Assembly: GCA_035480055.1 (NCBI GenBank)
Contig: DATIIB010000001.1
Location: 117,453-181,452 of the forward strand
Source: Candidatus Saccharimonadales bacterium
GTDB taxonomy: Bacteria; Patescibacteriota; Saccharimonadia; Saccharimonadales; DASZAF01
Direction of reading: 5' to 3'
Length of the DNA: 64,000 nucleotides
The translations under genes were made by a program, and so were the position numbers. Positions 47,595 to 56,418 of this stretch are shown piece after piece (the first letter of the stretch is position 1; each line of letters opens with the position of its first letter). Under the pieces are notes generated by a model that worked only from the letters and a program-made list of their open reading frames with translations, searched no databases and was not told the DNA's origin.

Positions 47595-48689
47595 ATGCGT
47601 TTGCAAGTCACACAGGAAAACCTCACTAAGGCACTCAACGTTGTAGGGCGAGTTGCTTCAGGCAAAACCCCACTGCCGATTTTGAATAATATCTTACTAA
47701 GAACCGACAACAACCGATTGCTTTTGGCAGCCACAAATCTTGAGATTGCTGTCACCGAATACGTCGGTGGTAAGATCGAAGAAGATGGCTCGATCACTGT
47801 CCCCGCTCGATTAATGAGCGAGTTTGTGAGTAATCTTCCTAAAGGTAATGTCCTTCTTTCAACCGAAGGCAACAAACTTCATGTGGAAACTGAACACTAC
47901 AAGTCGACAATCAATGGCATGGCGGCTGATGAGTTTCCAAGTTTGCCTACTGTGACCGGTGAACAAAAATTTGTGTTGCCGGCAGCGCTGATGAAGCGCG
48001 CGATTCAACAAACGGTTTTGGTAACCTCTGGTGACGATACTCGCCCAGTACTAACCGGTATTTATGCGCATTCTCATGAAGGCAAACTTTATTTTGCTGG
48101 CACTGATGGTTATCGCTTGGCTGAGCGAATTATTGGCGATACACCCGAGGAGCTGCAGGCGATCATCCCCGCTGATACTCTGCAAGAGGTGCTACGGGTG
48201 CTGAGTGATGATGTTGATGAACTGGAGTTCCAGTTTGATGAAGCGCAGGTGCGCATTGGGCTGGGTGAAATTGAAATCGTGAGTCGTTTGATTGACGGCA
48301 CCTTCCCCGACTATCGCCAACTGGTTCCGGCGCACAGCGATATCTCGGCCACCCTTGATAAAGACGAGTTCGCGCGAATTACCAAGATCGCCAGCCTGTT
48401 TGCCAAAGAAAGTGGCGGCAGCGTGACGGTTAATGTGGATGAAATGGGCAACAAAGTGAGCATTAACTCGGTGGCTTCACAGGTGGGCGAAAACAGTTCG
48501 GAGGTGAGTGCGACTGTGAGCGGCGGCGGCCAAGTGACTCTTAATTCGCGTTACCTACTCGAAGCCTTGGGGTGTATTGATGAAAAACAAGTTACCTTTG
48601 CGTTTAGCGGTAAACTTTCTCCCTGCATCTTGACCGCTGCCAGTGGGAATGCGGACTATAAACACATCGTGATGCCGCTCAAGAGTTAA
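47595..48689 (+). CDS. dnaN: DNA polymerase III beta sliding clamp
   Basis: MRLQVTQENLTKALNVVGRVA... is a canonical DnaN start. 364 aa. Synteny dnaA-dnaN-recF. Confidence 0.95.
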   Translation: MRLQVTQENLTKALNVVGRVASGKTPLPILNNILLRTDNNRLLLAATNLEIAVTEYVGGKIEEDGSITVPARLMSEFVSNLPKGNVLLSTEGNKLHVETEHYKSTINGMAADEFPSLPTVTGEQKFVLPAALMKRAIQQTVLVTSGDDTRPVLTGIYAHSHEGKLYFAGTDGYRLAERIIGDTPEELQAIIPADTLQEVLRVLSDDVDELEFQFDEAQVRIGLGEIEIVSRLIDGTFPDYRQLVPAHSDISATLDKDEFARITKIASLFAKESGGSVTVNVDEMGNKVSINSVASQVGENSSEVSATVSGGGQVTLNSRYLLEALGCIDEKQVTFAFSGKLSPCILTAASGNADYKHIVMPLKS

Positions 48690-48699
48690 AATAGCTGCA

Positions 48700-49770
48700 A
48701 TGGCTATTCATTCGATTCGTCTTCAGCATTTTCGCTCGTATACAGACGCTACTTTTGCGCTTGATCCAGGAGTTAACATTGTGGTTGGCCCGAATGGGCG
48801 GGGTAAAACGAATCTGCTTGAAGCTTTATACGTCCTTTGTCGTGGCAAATCATTTCGGGTTGCCGACAGTGAATTACTCCAACACGGTACTGACTGGTTT
48901 CGCGTGGATGGCCAAGTGGATGGCCAGCCACGCATCCTGACGCTTAAGAAAGTGGACGCTAAGTTCGAAAAGCGACTCCAGGTCGCAGGCGCAACTAAAA
49001 CGCGTCTCAGCGCTCGTGAGCAGCTGAGAGTGGTACTCTTTGAGCCGCGCGACATGCAGCTGCTGACTGGATCACCCGAACGTCGCCGTGAATACCTCGA
49101 CGCTATTTTGGAGCAACTTGAAGTTGGCTATGCGCGAACGCTTAGCCACTACCGTCGAGCACTCACCCAGCGCAATGCCCTGCTTAAGCAAGCTCACGGC
49201 GTGCCGGCTGATCATATGTTTGTTTGGAATGTCCGACTCAGCGAACTTGGCGCGCAGGTCGTCATGCGCCGCCGCGAAATCATTGCTGAGCTCGATGCTC
49301 AAGCTACCACCACCTATAACCACATTAGCGGCACCAAGGCGTCGGTCCGGATTCGCTATGAAGATCAACACCCTGATGCCGCCCCCGAACAATTGGCTTC
49401 GGTGCTGCTGCATGGGTTGGAGAAAAAATACGCCCAAGACAGCCAACGTGGCTACACGAGTATTGGTCCGCATCGTGATGACCTGGTGATTACGCTTAAC
49501 GAGGCGCCGGCCAGCACTTCTGCTTCGCGTGGGGAGACGCGGAGCTTGGTGGTGATGCTCAAGCTGCTTGAGGCGCGTTTGCTGGACGCGCATTACGAAG
49601 ATCGGCCGCTGATGCTGCTTGATGATGTCTTTGGCGAGCTGGACGCCTCACGCCGCCAAGCACTTGCCCACTATTTGGTGAATTACCAAACGGTGATCAC
49701 AACGACTGATGCCGACATGATCACCGAAGGTCTTGCTCACCCTGGCCACGTGATTACTATTGAGCGTTGA
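48700..49770 (+). CDS. recF: DNA replication and repair protein RecF
   Basis: Walker A GPNGRGKTNLLEA at N-terminus. SMC-like signature. 356 aa. Confidence 0.9.
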   Translation: MAIHSIRLQHFRSYTDATFALDPGVNIVVGPNGRGKTNLLEALYVLCRGKSFRVADSELLQHGTDWFRVDGQVDGQPRILTLKKVDAKFEKRLQVAGATKTRLSAREQLRVVLFEPRDMQLLTGSPERRREYLDAILEQLEVGYARTLSHYRRALTQRNALLKQAHGVPADHMFVWNVRLSELGAQVVMRRREIIAELDAQATTTYNHISGTKASVRIRYEDQHPDAAPEQLASVLLHGLEKKYAQDSQRGYTSIGPHRDDLVITLNEAPASTSASRGETRSLVVMLKLLEARLLDAHYEDRPLMLLDDVFGELDASRRQALAHYLVNYQTVITTTDADMITEGLAHPGHVITIER

Positions 49771-50416
49771 GATCTGAGATGACGTCGCGAGGAATCTCGG
49801 GATGTTGCGTGGCACTGAGGACGATCTCGGGTGGTGTGGTAGCTACCTTCCATTCGCCATTGTCCTTGTGCAGAATGACGCGCAGGGTGTCGCTTGAGGC
49901 GGCATCTGAGCCAATGTAGTCGAGTTTGGTGCCATACCACTCCCCTGTTTTGTAGAACCAGCCGTCTTCGATGGTATAGAGGCTGCTGATTTGCGGGAAG
50001 GCTTTGGTGAGTGCGGCAACAATTGCTGTTTTTTCGGTTGACACAAGCGACTGCAATTTGGCGTCGGTGTAGGGTGGATCAACATCCACAGTTACAGATT
50101 TGTTATCCACGCCAAAGGATACGCGGTTTGACGCATAGTCCTTGGTTGCTTTGGAAATTGCCAAGTAGCTTCCTTTGGCGAGTTTTAACGTACTTCCATT
50201 TTGCGTAATGGTTGCCGTAGGTTTGACGTTTTGGTCAAGGCCATGCTCGGTATCCACGTCGCCGGCGGGAAAGACGTCGACAGTAACACCATTATGTATA
50301 TTGAAGGTGACGGTTTGTTGCGACACCTGTTTCATTTTAAAAGTCAGTAACATGGCGACAATTATCACAACGACGCCAAGGCCGATTAAGATAATAAGTC
50401 TGCGATCTATCTTCAT
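49757..50416 (-). CDS. membrane-anchored hypothetical protein (last gene of T4SS-like operon)
   Basis: N-terminal TM (LIILIGLGVVVIIVAMLL), beta-rich ectodomain. 14-nt convergent overlap with recF. Confidence 0.45.
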   Translation of the reverse strand: MKIDRRLIILIGLGVVVIIVAMLLTFKMKQVSQQTVTFNIHNGVTVDVFPAGDVDTEHGLDQNVKPTATITQNGSTLKLAKGSYLAISKATKDYASNRVSFGVDNKSVTVDVDPPYTDAKLQSLVSTEKTAIVAALTKAFPQISSLYTIEDGWFYKTGEWYGTKLDYIGSDAASSDTLRVILHKDNGEWKVATTPPEIVLSATQHPEIPRDVISDLNAQ

Positions 50417-50417
50417 C

Positions 50418-51068
50418 TTAGTGCGCCTCGCTTGCTAATGGGTTTTTAAAGTCCAGGAATTGGATATACATGTCGGATGGGTCGTAGCCCCAGAGTTTAA
50501 TCTGATCCACTGCGCCTTTGCGAATATCGGGACGCACGGCGTTCACCTGAATGGCTATACCATTTTTGGAATCGGTGGAAGTGGCGTAGTTGATTTCAAA
50601 ATCTGCTGGCGTCAGCTCGTCTGTGCCATCGAATGGGAACGGTAATTGGCTGACGATTGGGTTTTTGTCTTGAAAGGCTTGCCCTTCGGCTTCGGCTCTC
50701 GCGCCACCAATGGCTTCACGCTGGGTTTGAAGCTTTTGATCGCGACTGACGGCATCCTTGACCGCTTGCGATTGCGGTGTAGGTAAGAGGTAGACGCTGG
50801 CTTTGTTATCGCCAACGGTGATGGTGGAGCTGTCGTCGGAGTACCCGTCGGCGCTAGCCTTAAAGGTGTGTTTCCCTTTACTCACATATACCGAACCGCT
50901 GTGGCTTGTTTTGCCATCGATAGTTACTTTGGCACTGCTCGGTGAGACCTGGATAGCTACTTCCGTCCTGCCAGCTCGCTGCGTGAGTAACGAGATGCCG
51001 TACACCGCAAAGACCGCGAGGATGATGCCTGCACCGATGATCACTTGTTTGATTCTACTATTCTGCAT
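50418..51068 (-). CDS. membrane-anchored hypothetical protein (PEGA-like beta domain)
   Basis: N-terminal TM. VYVSKGKHTFKASADGYSDDSSTITVGDNKASVYLLP resembles a PEGA/Ig-like beta-sandwich. Confidence 0.45.
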   Translation of the reverse strand: MQNSRIKQVIIGAGIILAVFAVYGISLLTQRAGRTEVAIQVSPSSAKVTIDGKTSHSGSVYVSKGKHTFKASADGYSDDSSTITVGDNKASVYLLPTPQSQAVKDAVSRDQKLQTQREAIGGARAEAEGQAFQDKNPIVSQLPFPFDGTDELTPADFEINYATSTDSKNGIAIQVNAVRPDIRKGAVDQIKLWGYDPSDMYIQFLDFKNPLASEAH

Positions 51069-51082
51069 ATGATCCTCTCTCC

Positions 51083-53803
51083 TTATTTACCTGTCGGGTG
51101 ATACCAATGGAAGCTGCCAAGGGGGTTTTCCACGCCGGCCATTGGGGTTCTCCAGGAGGCGCCGCTGGTACTGTATGAGGATGAGGCGACTTTGGTCTGG
51201 AAGTTTGGCTGCGTGCCAACCCACATGTAGGTGTGACTGAGGCTATCTTCGATGGCAATGTCACCTGGTTTTAGTTCTGCAGTGCTGGCGATGTGGCCAT
51301 CGTGATGTTTACCCAGTAGCATGTATTTGTCTGGATGACTCCTGAGATACGGTTCTTGGCCACCCCTGACATTGCCGTTATTGCCATATTTGGGATCAGC
51401 ACCGCTATCTTGCATCACTCGGGTGACGAAGCCTCCACAGTCCACACCGGCGGTTGGGGTGGCGGTTGTTCCACCGCCTACGTATTTACCAGCTTTTACG
51501 GCAGCCCTGACTGCGGCGAGATAGGCGGGCTTGTACTCCGCTGTGGAGTGGTTTCCATACGGTGGGTTGTGGTGTGTGGGCCATGCGTAATCAAGTGCTT
51601 TGCCAACTGCACCGGTTCCATTACCGCCTGCGCAGTCGGCCGTGGTTGCAGCGCCGGTGTTGCCATTATTGGCAGCCGTGGCTTGCGAGGCCGAAACCGG
51701 CAAAGCTTTTTCGATACCATTGGCGATACCCTTGGCGTACTTGGCCTCGTTAAAGGTGCCACCTCTGGCGCCAACTTCGTTGTAGACCCAAGGAACGTTA
51801 CTAAAGAGCTGGACGATCGACATGTTACCTACAGAAGGTAATCCGCGGCTTGTAGGAAACTGCAGGAAGTGCCGGACCGCGGGGCGACCCTCTGCTTTGG
51901 TACGCTCGTCCTTTATTGCTTTGGCGTATCCTTCGCTTTTGTTCACGAGCTGTTGTGCGAGCGGATTCTGGTCAAAGTATTTGGTGTGACTGCCGGTGGT
52001 TCGGTGCGTACGATCAGTGCCGCCTATAGTATCGGCCTTCATGGTCTGAGGAATGACCCACGCTTGACTGCTCCAAGTTTGACTGTCGTCATAGTGCATG
52101 CTCACTGCTAAGTCGGCGTGAGCATTATTAGCAACTTGGGCTCGTTCGATCAAACCAACATTCTGGCTTTCGCTGGCGGCGGTGGGGTTCTCGCCACCCT
52201 TGGTCATAATGACGTGATAGCCAGCCTGTTTGAGCTGCTTAAAGACATCCATAGCGGTGAGCCACATGGCATGTTCCTCACCCGGAGCACCACCGGAATC
52301 TTGGGCCGAAATGCCATCCACGGTTTCTACTTTTGGATTGCTGGTGGTGACATGGCCTGGGTCCAGAACGATGGTAATACCGTTGCTGCCTGCACAGCTA
52401 CAGCTGCCGATATCGCCCTGGCCGGCGGTACTACTCGTTCCAGTTGCGGCAGAGACCGGTGCGCCACCCATCTTGGGGTTGTGTAGTACTTGCACGGCGT
52501 TATCCATGCGAGCGCCTACCAATGCGCCTCCTGATCGTTCGAAGGTCGCTTCCCATTCCTTGGCAACATATCGGGCTTGTTCTTCGGGAGTGCCTGAAGG
52601 TAGTTTGGTGATTGTAGGCAGCGTCTTCCACACAACTTGCGGTCCTTTGGTAATTTCCCACCACAGATAATCCCACTGTCCTTCGAGGGTGTTGTATTTG
52701 GTCCCTTCCCGTTTTTTAAGCGCACTGAGGCGACCGCCGAGCCACTGGGCAATACCATAGGCGCCACTTCCCTGTCCGTTGAATTCGGTAGGATTGAATT
52801 TGGCATTTTCGGAGTGCATGCTGCCGATAATACCTGAGGCAATGATTTTGGCATTGGCTTCGCTTTGCCCCATGGCTATTAATTGTTTGACAAAGAAGTT
52901 GAAGGTTCGGATTTCGTTGTCGCCTCCAGGTATTGAGGTCAGATCGCCCAGGCTTCCACCGCCGGTTTGGTCGGTTGGCGGACAACAAGCGCTGTTATCC
53001 GGTGTGGTGTCGGTGCTGCCATCGAGCTTGGTAAGTGGTGTGCTATCCGGAACTGGAGTGTAGGTAACGATGTCGAGGTTCGACTTAAAGTCCAGCAGCT
53101 TGGCAGTTTCCCACCAGAGGTCAATGCCGCGCTTTACGGTAATTTGCGTGCCAGGATGCGCTGGGTCATCACCGGTCACGTCGGCACCGCCGCCGCCGAT
53201 GTCGCGCTTTTCAGCAATGACGGTCTTGCCTTTGTAGGAAATCGAAAGTTTGGCATGTGGTGGCAAGCCACCCAGTGATTTCCCCATGTCCAGCTCGGCA
53301 AACGAAGCGTACTTGGCGGCGTCAGCTGGTGCAGGATGACCATTAAGGGAGGTTCCGAGTGATTTGCCGTCGGTTCCCAGACCGTTGTCGTCGACACCGG
53401 TATGTTGGTCTTTGTTGCTCGATACCCATGCGCCATTCACAAAGCTTCCGCCGTAGTCGCTGGCGCCAGTAGCCGTGCCGGTGGTAGTAGTTGTTGCACT
53501 GCCGGTTGCAGGAGTGGTAGTGCCACCAAGCGTGTCGGCCGTACCGTCGCCGCCACAGCCTTCAGCGAAGAATGCGCCATCGTTCCGGCGAAGATCGTCC
53601 TGGCTTGGTGGCGCGGTGGGTGTGGTGGCGCTTTGAGCAAACACCACTGCCCCAGCCTGCGTAAAGCTGAAGACCATCACTAGCATCACGAGGGATGCTC
53701 GGGAAAGAATCCCTCCCCATTTCTGTAACCGACTCGTGATGCGTTCCATTGTGCGTTCCCCTTCCCTATTCAACTTTTTTTGTTGCCGTATTGCGTGTCT
53801 CAT
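51083..53803 (-). CDS. secreted tri-domain peptidoglycan hydrolase (lysozyme-like muramidase / N-acetylmuramoyl-L-alanine amidase_3 / NlpC-P60), VirB1/CwlT-like
   Basis: Signal/TM, Thr-rich linker. Lysozyme-like MHSENAKFNP...SGAYGIAQWLGGR (catalytic Glu, GxxQW). Amidase_3 region IVLDPGHV...LAVSMHYDD...FNEAKYAKGIANGI. C-terminal NlpC/P60 with DCGGFVTRVM (Cys) and SHTYMWVG (His). Confidence 0.7.
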   Translation of the reverse strand: MRHAIRQQKKLNREGERTMERITSRLQKWGGILSRASLVMLVMVFSFTQAGAVVFAQSATTPTAPPSQDDLRRNDGAFFAEGCGGDGTADTLGGTTTPATGSATTTTTGTATGASDYGGSFVNGAWVSSNKDQHTGVDDNGLGTDGKSLGTSLNGHPAPADAAKYASFAELDMGKSLGGLPPHAKLSISYKGKTVIAEKRDIGGGGADVTGDDPAHPGTQITVKRGIDLWWETAKLLDFKSNLDIVTYTPVPDSTPLTKLDGSTDTTPDNSACCPPTDQTGGGSLGDLTSIPGGDNEIRTFNFFVKQLIAMGQSEANAKIIASGIIGSMHSENAKFNPTEFNGQGSGAYGIAQWLGGRLSALKKREGTKYNTLEGQWDYLWWEITKGPQVVWKTLPTITKLPSGTPEEQARYVAKEWEATFERSGGALVGARMDNAVQVLHNPKMGGAPVSAATGTSSTAGQGDIGSCSCAGSNGITIVLDPGHVTTSNPKVETVDGISAQDSGGAPGEEHAMWLTAMDVFKQLKQAGYHVIMTKGGENPTAASESQNVGLIERAQVANNAHADLAVSMHYDDSQTWSSQAWVIPQTMKADTIGGTDRTHRTTGSHTKYFDQNPLAQQLVNKSEGYAKAIKDERTKAEGRPAVRHFLQFPTSRGLPSVGNMSIVQLFSNVPWVYNEVGARGGTFNEAKYAKGIANGIEKALPVSASQATAANNGNTGAATTADCAGGNGTGAVGKALDYAWPTHHNPPYGNHSTAEYKPAYLAAVRAAVKAGKYVGGGTTATPTAGVDCGGFVTRVMQDSGADPKYGNNGNVRGGQEPYLRSHPDKYMLLGKHHDGHIASTAELKPGDIAIEDSLSHTYMWVGTQPNFQTKVASSSYSTSGASWRTPMAGVENPLGSFHWYHPTGK

Positions 53804-53820
53804 ATACCCTCTCTCATAAC

Positions 53821-56415
53821 CTATTGCCCCGTCACCGGATCAAGCAGGTCTTGACCATCGAACATTAAGCCTCCCACTGGCGCTGTTTCGTTATCAATCA
53901 GACAGGCAACTTTATCCTTTTGGTGCTCACCAATGGCATCAAGGTTGTTGTCGTCGTTGGGACGGTTATCGGTGACAGCATCGTTATTGTGATTCCATGG
54001 GTCGTCTGTTAAGCAGGGGTCATCAAGAGGAATACCCGCGCTTGGTACGCCAAAGCGATCTTCAGGTAGCTGGTAATCCAGGTAGCTGGCATGTGCAGGC
54101 GAGAGCGCAAGCATGGCATTAGAGAATAGCTTGAAGGGATTAAGTGCGGCAATCAGCGATTGAGGTGAATCGATACCGGTAAATGGCGAGTTTAAGGCAA
54201 ATTGGGTCGCGAGCGATTGACTGTCATCTGATGAGAAAATCCTCTCTTTGAATGATTCCTCGCTGCGCGCCACTTGGTCGTTCTCGGCAGCGTCAGCGGC
54301 AATGGCTTTCGCTTCGGCTTTGCTGAGTTGACGCCCCCCTAGGGCATCAATGGCAAATTTATAGTTAGAGTAATCGTTCCCGATAAAGGCCGCATTCCAT
54401 AAAGGCCCGCCCACTGCCTCCAGTGCATTCCTAAAGAGAGGGTCAAATAAGATCTCGGAAGCCTTAATCAGGAAGGGCGTCACCACCCCTATGAGCTTTT
54501 TGCCCAAGAAGTTGACAAAGTTTTTAACTCCAGGGATCTGAAACAGCGTATTGTCGATAATCCAGCCAAGCAGTTGGTCACTGGGGTGAATTAACCAATC
54601 GTAAATAATTTGGGTAAAGAGGCCGCCGCCCAAAATTCCATCTGCCCATAGTATCCACTGATTACATTCTGGACAGGCGTCTAGGAGCTCTTTGATCGGA
54701 GGGTTTTTATCGAGTCGTTCGTTGTTGCAGGCTGCTGCACCTTTGGGAATTTGCTTGCCATCGTTGCAGGTATACGATCCTTGCTGTCCGGCTGGCGCAA
54801 ACGAGGCTGCACCAAAGGTCCGCTTGAATATTTCGCTCTTTTGAAAGCCAGAGAATTGATCCGAAATCGCCCGCGCTGCCGACGTGTCATAGTTTTTACC
54901 CACTGCCGTCGCTTCGCTGTCGGAGGAGTTAAGGATGCCCATTGCCGGAATGGCCTGTGCGACCACGAGCTCTTTGTGCATAATTTTCAGCGATTTATTA
55001 TTGGGGTCAAGCGTAATCTTTAGCAGCTCATGAAACAGCATCGAGAGCCTGGCAGCCAGGATCGCCTGACCAATAATCGGAAGATCAGAAGTTGCCAGTT
55101 GAGTGGAAAGTTTTTCCAGTGCTGTTTTAAATAGACCTTCGCTAAGGTGTTGCGCCAAAATCTTGGCGCCGGCTGCCACCAATTTATCCACCGATTCTCC
55201 CGAGACTCTCTCTAATGCTTTCTTCCATAAGGACCGCCCCTCCTCAGCTTCGTGGAGGACGTCGCCTTGCTTGGCGCAGTTGATCCGTTGCATCATGCAG
55301 TCCATTAAGAAACGGGAGCCCAGGTCGCCAAATGCCGGCTCGATCAGCCTGGTTTTGATAATTGCTTTCATCGCGTCCTTCAGTGCTAACGCCTTCGCCA
55401 CCGGCGAGAGTTTTTTGACCGGTCCAAACTCGGCTATCTTACAAAAGAACACACATAACGATACGCCGAATGTTTTTCTCATAAAGTTGGCAAAACGTCT
55501 ATCTTGGCCAAAGTCAATAAACCCAACCCGCTTAAACCGTTCAAGCAGATCTTTGGAGAGATCTTTCGGGAGCCCCTTTGAGAGGTCGGCCACTTCGAAC
55601 ACCCCCTTGCTGGTGGTGAAGATCAGTTTTCCCCCTTTCTCCTCAACGTTAACGCCGGTTTTGAGAAGCATTTCGGCAAACTTGCCGTCTTTGTTCCAGG
55701 CTTCCATCATCTTGCCGACTTTACTGTCAGGAAATTTTTTGCCAAGCGAGCGCTTTTTGATACAGTCAATATTTTTTAAACTGCCGCAAGCAACGATATC
55801 TTCGGCCAATGAATGCGCAAGATAGGAGTCGATATAGCGTCGCATGCGTCGATCCATGATAGCTTTATTGAGCTTTTGGGCAAGATGGCGCATCGGCTTT
55901 GAAGTGAATTTGGCTTGGAACGATGGAAATTGTTGAATCCCCAAGATGCTCCCAATAATCAGTGTGACCGCGGCGATCAAACCGCCCGCGGTTTTGCGGC
56001 GGTCGCCCAAAAAGCCTTTTAATTTATTCTTGCCACCAAACTTATTGCCCTTGCCCTTTGGCGTTGGTTTGTACAAGCTATTGCCACCGCCATCGGCATG
56101 GTCCACGCTCTCTTCGTCACCGGGAGGGATCGGCGGCGGGAGCTTTTCGGATTTGTAAAGGCTTCTGGCACCACCTTCGTCCTGAGGTTCAACGTCTTTG
56201 TAGTCTGCATCGGTGAAGTCGTCATGGGCGGTGTCTCCGCCAGCTTGCGCGGAATTTTTAGCGTCCTTGAGTACGTCATCGATGTTATCGATCGTGTCTT
56301 GAGCATTCGCGCTGACCTGATTCGGTTCGCTGGATGACGGATCGAGCGGCTGGTCTTCTTCTGGAAGGTTACTTCTGCCAGAGCGATTACGCTGTTGATA
56401 GATCTGTTGGGCCAT
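53821..56415 (-). CDS. large hypothetical T4SS-associated protein (acidic disordered N-terminus, single TM, ~650-aa ectodomain)
   Basis: 864 aa. N-terminal ~160 aa are D/E/G/K-rich. TM GGLIAAVTLIIGSILGI. Cys-containing C-terminal domain. No recognisable catalytic motifs. Confidence 0.5.
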   Translation of the reverse strand: MAQQIYQQRNRSGRSNLPEEDQPLDPSSSEPNQVSANAQDTIDNIDDVLKDAKNSAQAGGDTAHDDFTDADYKDVEPQDEGGARSLYKSEKLPPPIPPGDEESVDHADGGGNSLYKPTPKGKGNKFGGKNKLKGFLGDRRKTAGGLIAAVTLIIGSILGIQQFPSFQAKFTSKPMRHLAQKLNKAIMDRRMRRYIDSYLAHSLAEDIVACGSLKNIDCIKKRSLGKKFPDSKVGKMMEAWNKDGKFAEMLLKTGVNVEEKGGKLIFTTSKGVFEVADLSKGLPKDLSKDLLERFKRVGFIDFGQDRRFANFMRKTFGVSLCVFFCKIAEFGPVKKLSPVAKALALKDAMKAIIKTRLIEPAFGDLGSRFLMDCMMQRINCAKQGDVLHEAEEGRSLWKKALERVSGESVDKLVAAGAKILAQHLSEGLFKTALEKLSTQLATSDLPIIGQAILAARLSMLFHELLKITLDPNNKSLKIMHKELVVAQAIPAMGILNSSDSEATAVGKNYDTSAARAISDQFSGFQKSEIFKRTFGAASFAPAGQQGSYTCNDGKQIPKGAAACNNERLDKNPPIKELLDACPECNQWILWADGILGGGLFTQIIYDWLIHPSDQLLGWIIDNTLFQIPGVKNFVNFLGKKLIGVVTPFLIKASEILFDPLFRNALEAVGGPLWNAAFIGNDYSNYKFAIDALGGRQLSKAEAKAIAADAAENDQVARSEESFKERIFSSDDSQSLATQFALNSPFTGIDSPQSLIAALNPFKLFSNAMLALSPAHASYLDYQLPEDRFGVPSAGIPLDDPCLTDDPWNHNNDAVTDNRPNDDNNLDAIGEHQKDKVACLIDNETAPVGGLMFDGQDLLDPVTGQ

Positions 56416-56418
56416 TAC

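Noticed and set aside
55103-55825. 240-aa plus-strand ORF antisense to the 864-aa T4SS-associated gene (similar antisense ORFs at 8572-9045, 18955-19689, 52118-52670)
   Set aside because: Embedded antisense ORFs typical of moderate-GC coding DNA. Low-complexity, no motifs. The sense-strand genes have clear domain evidence.
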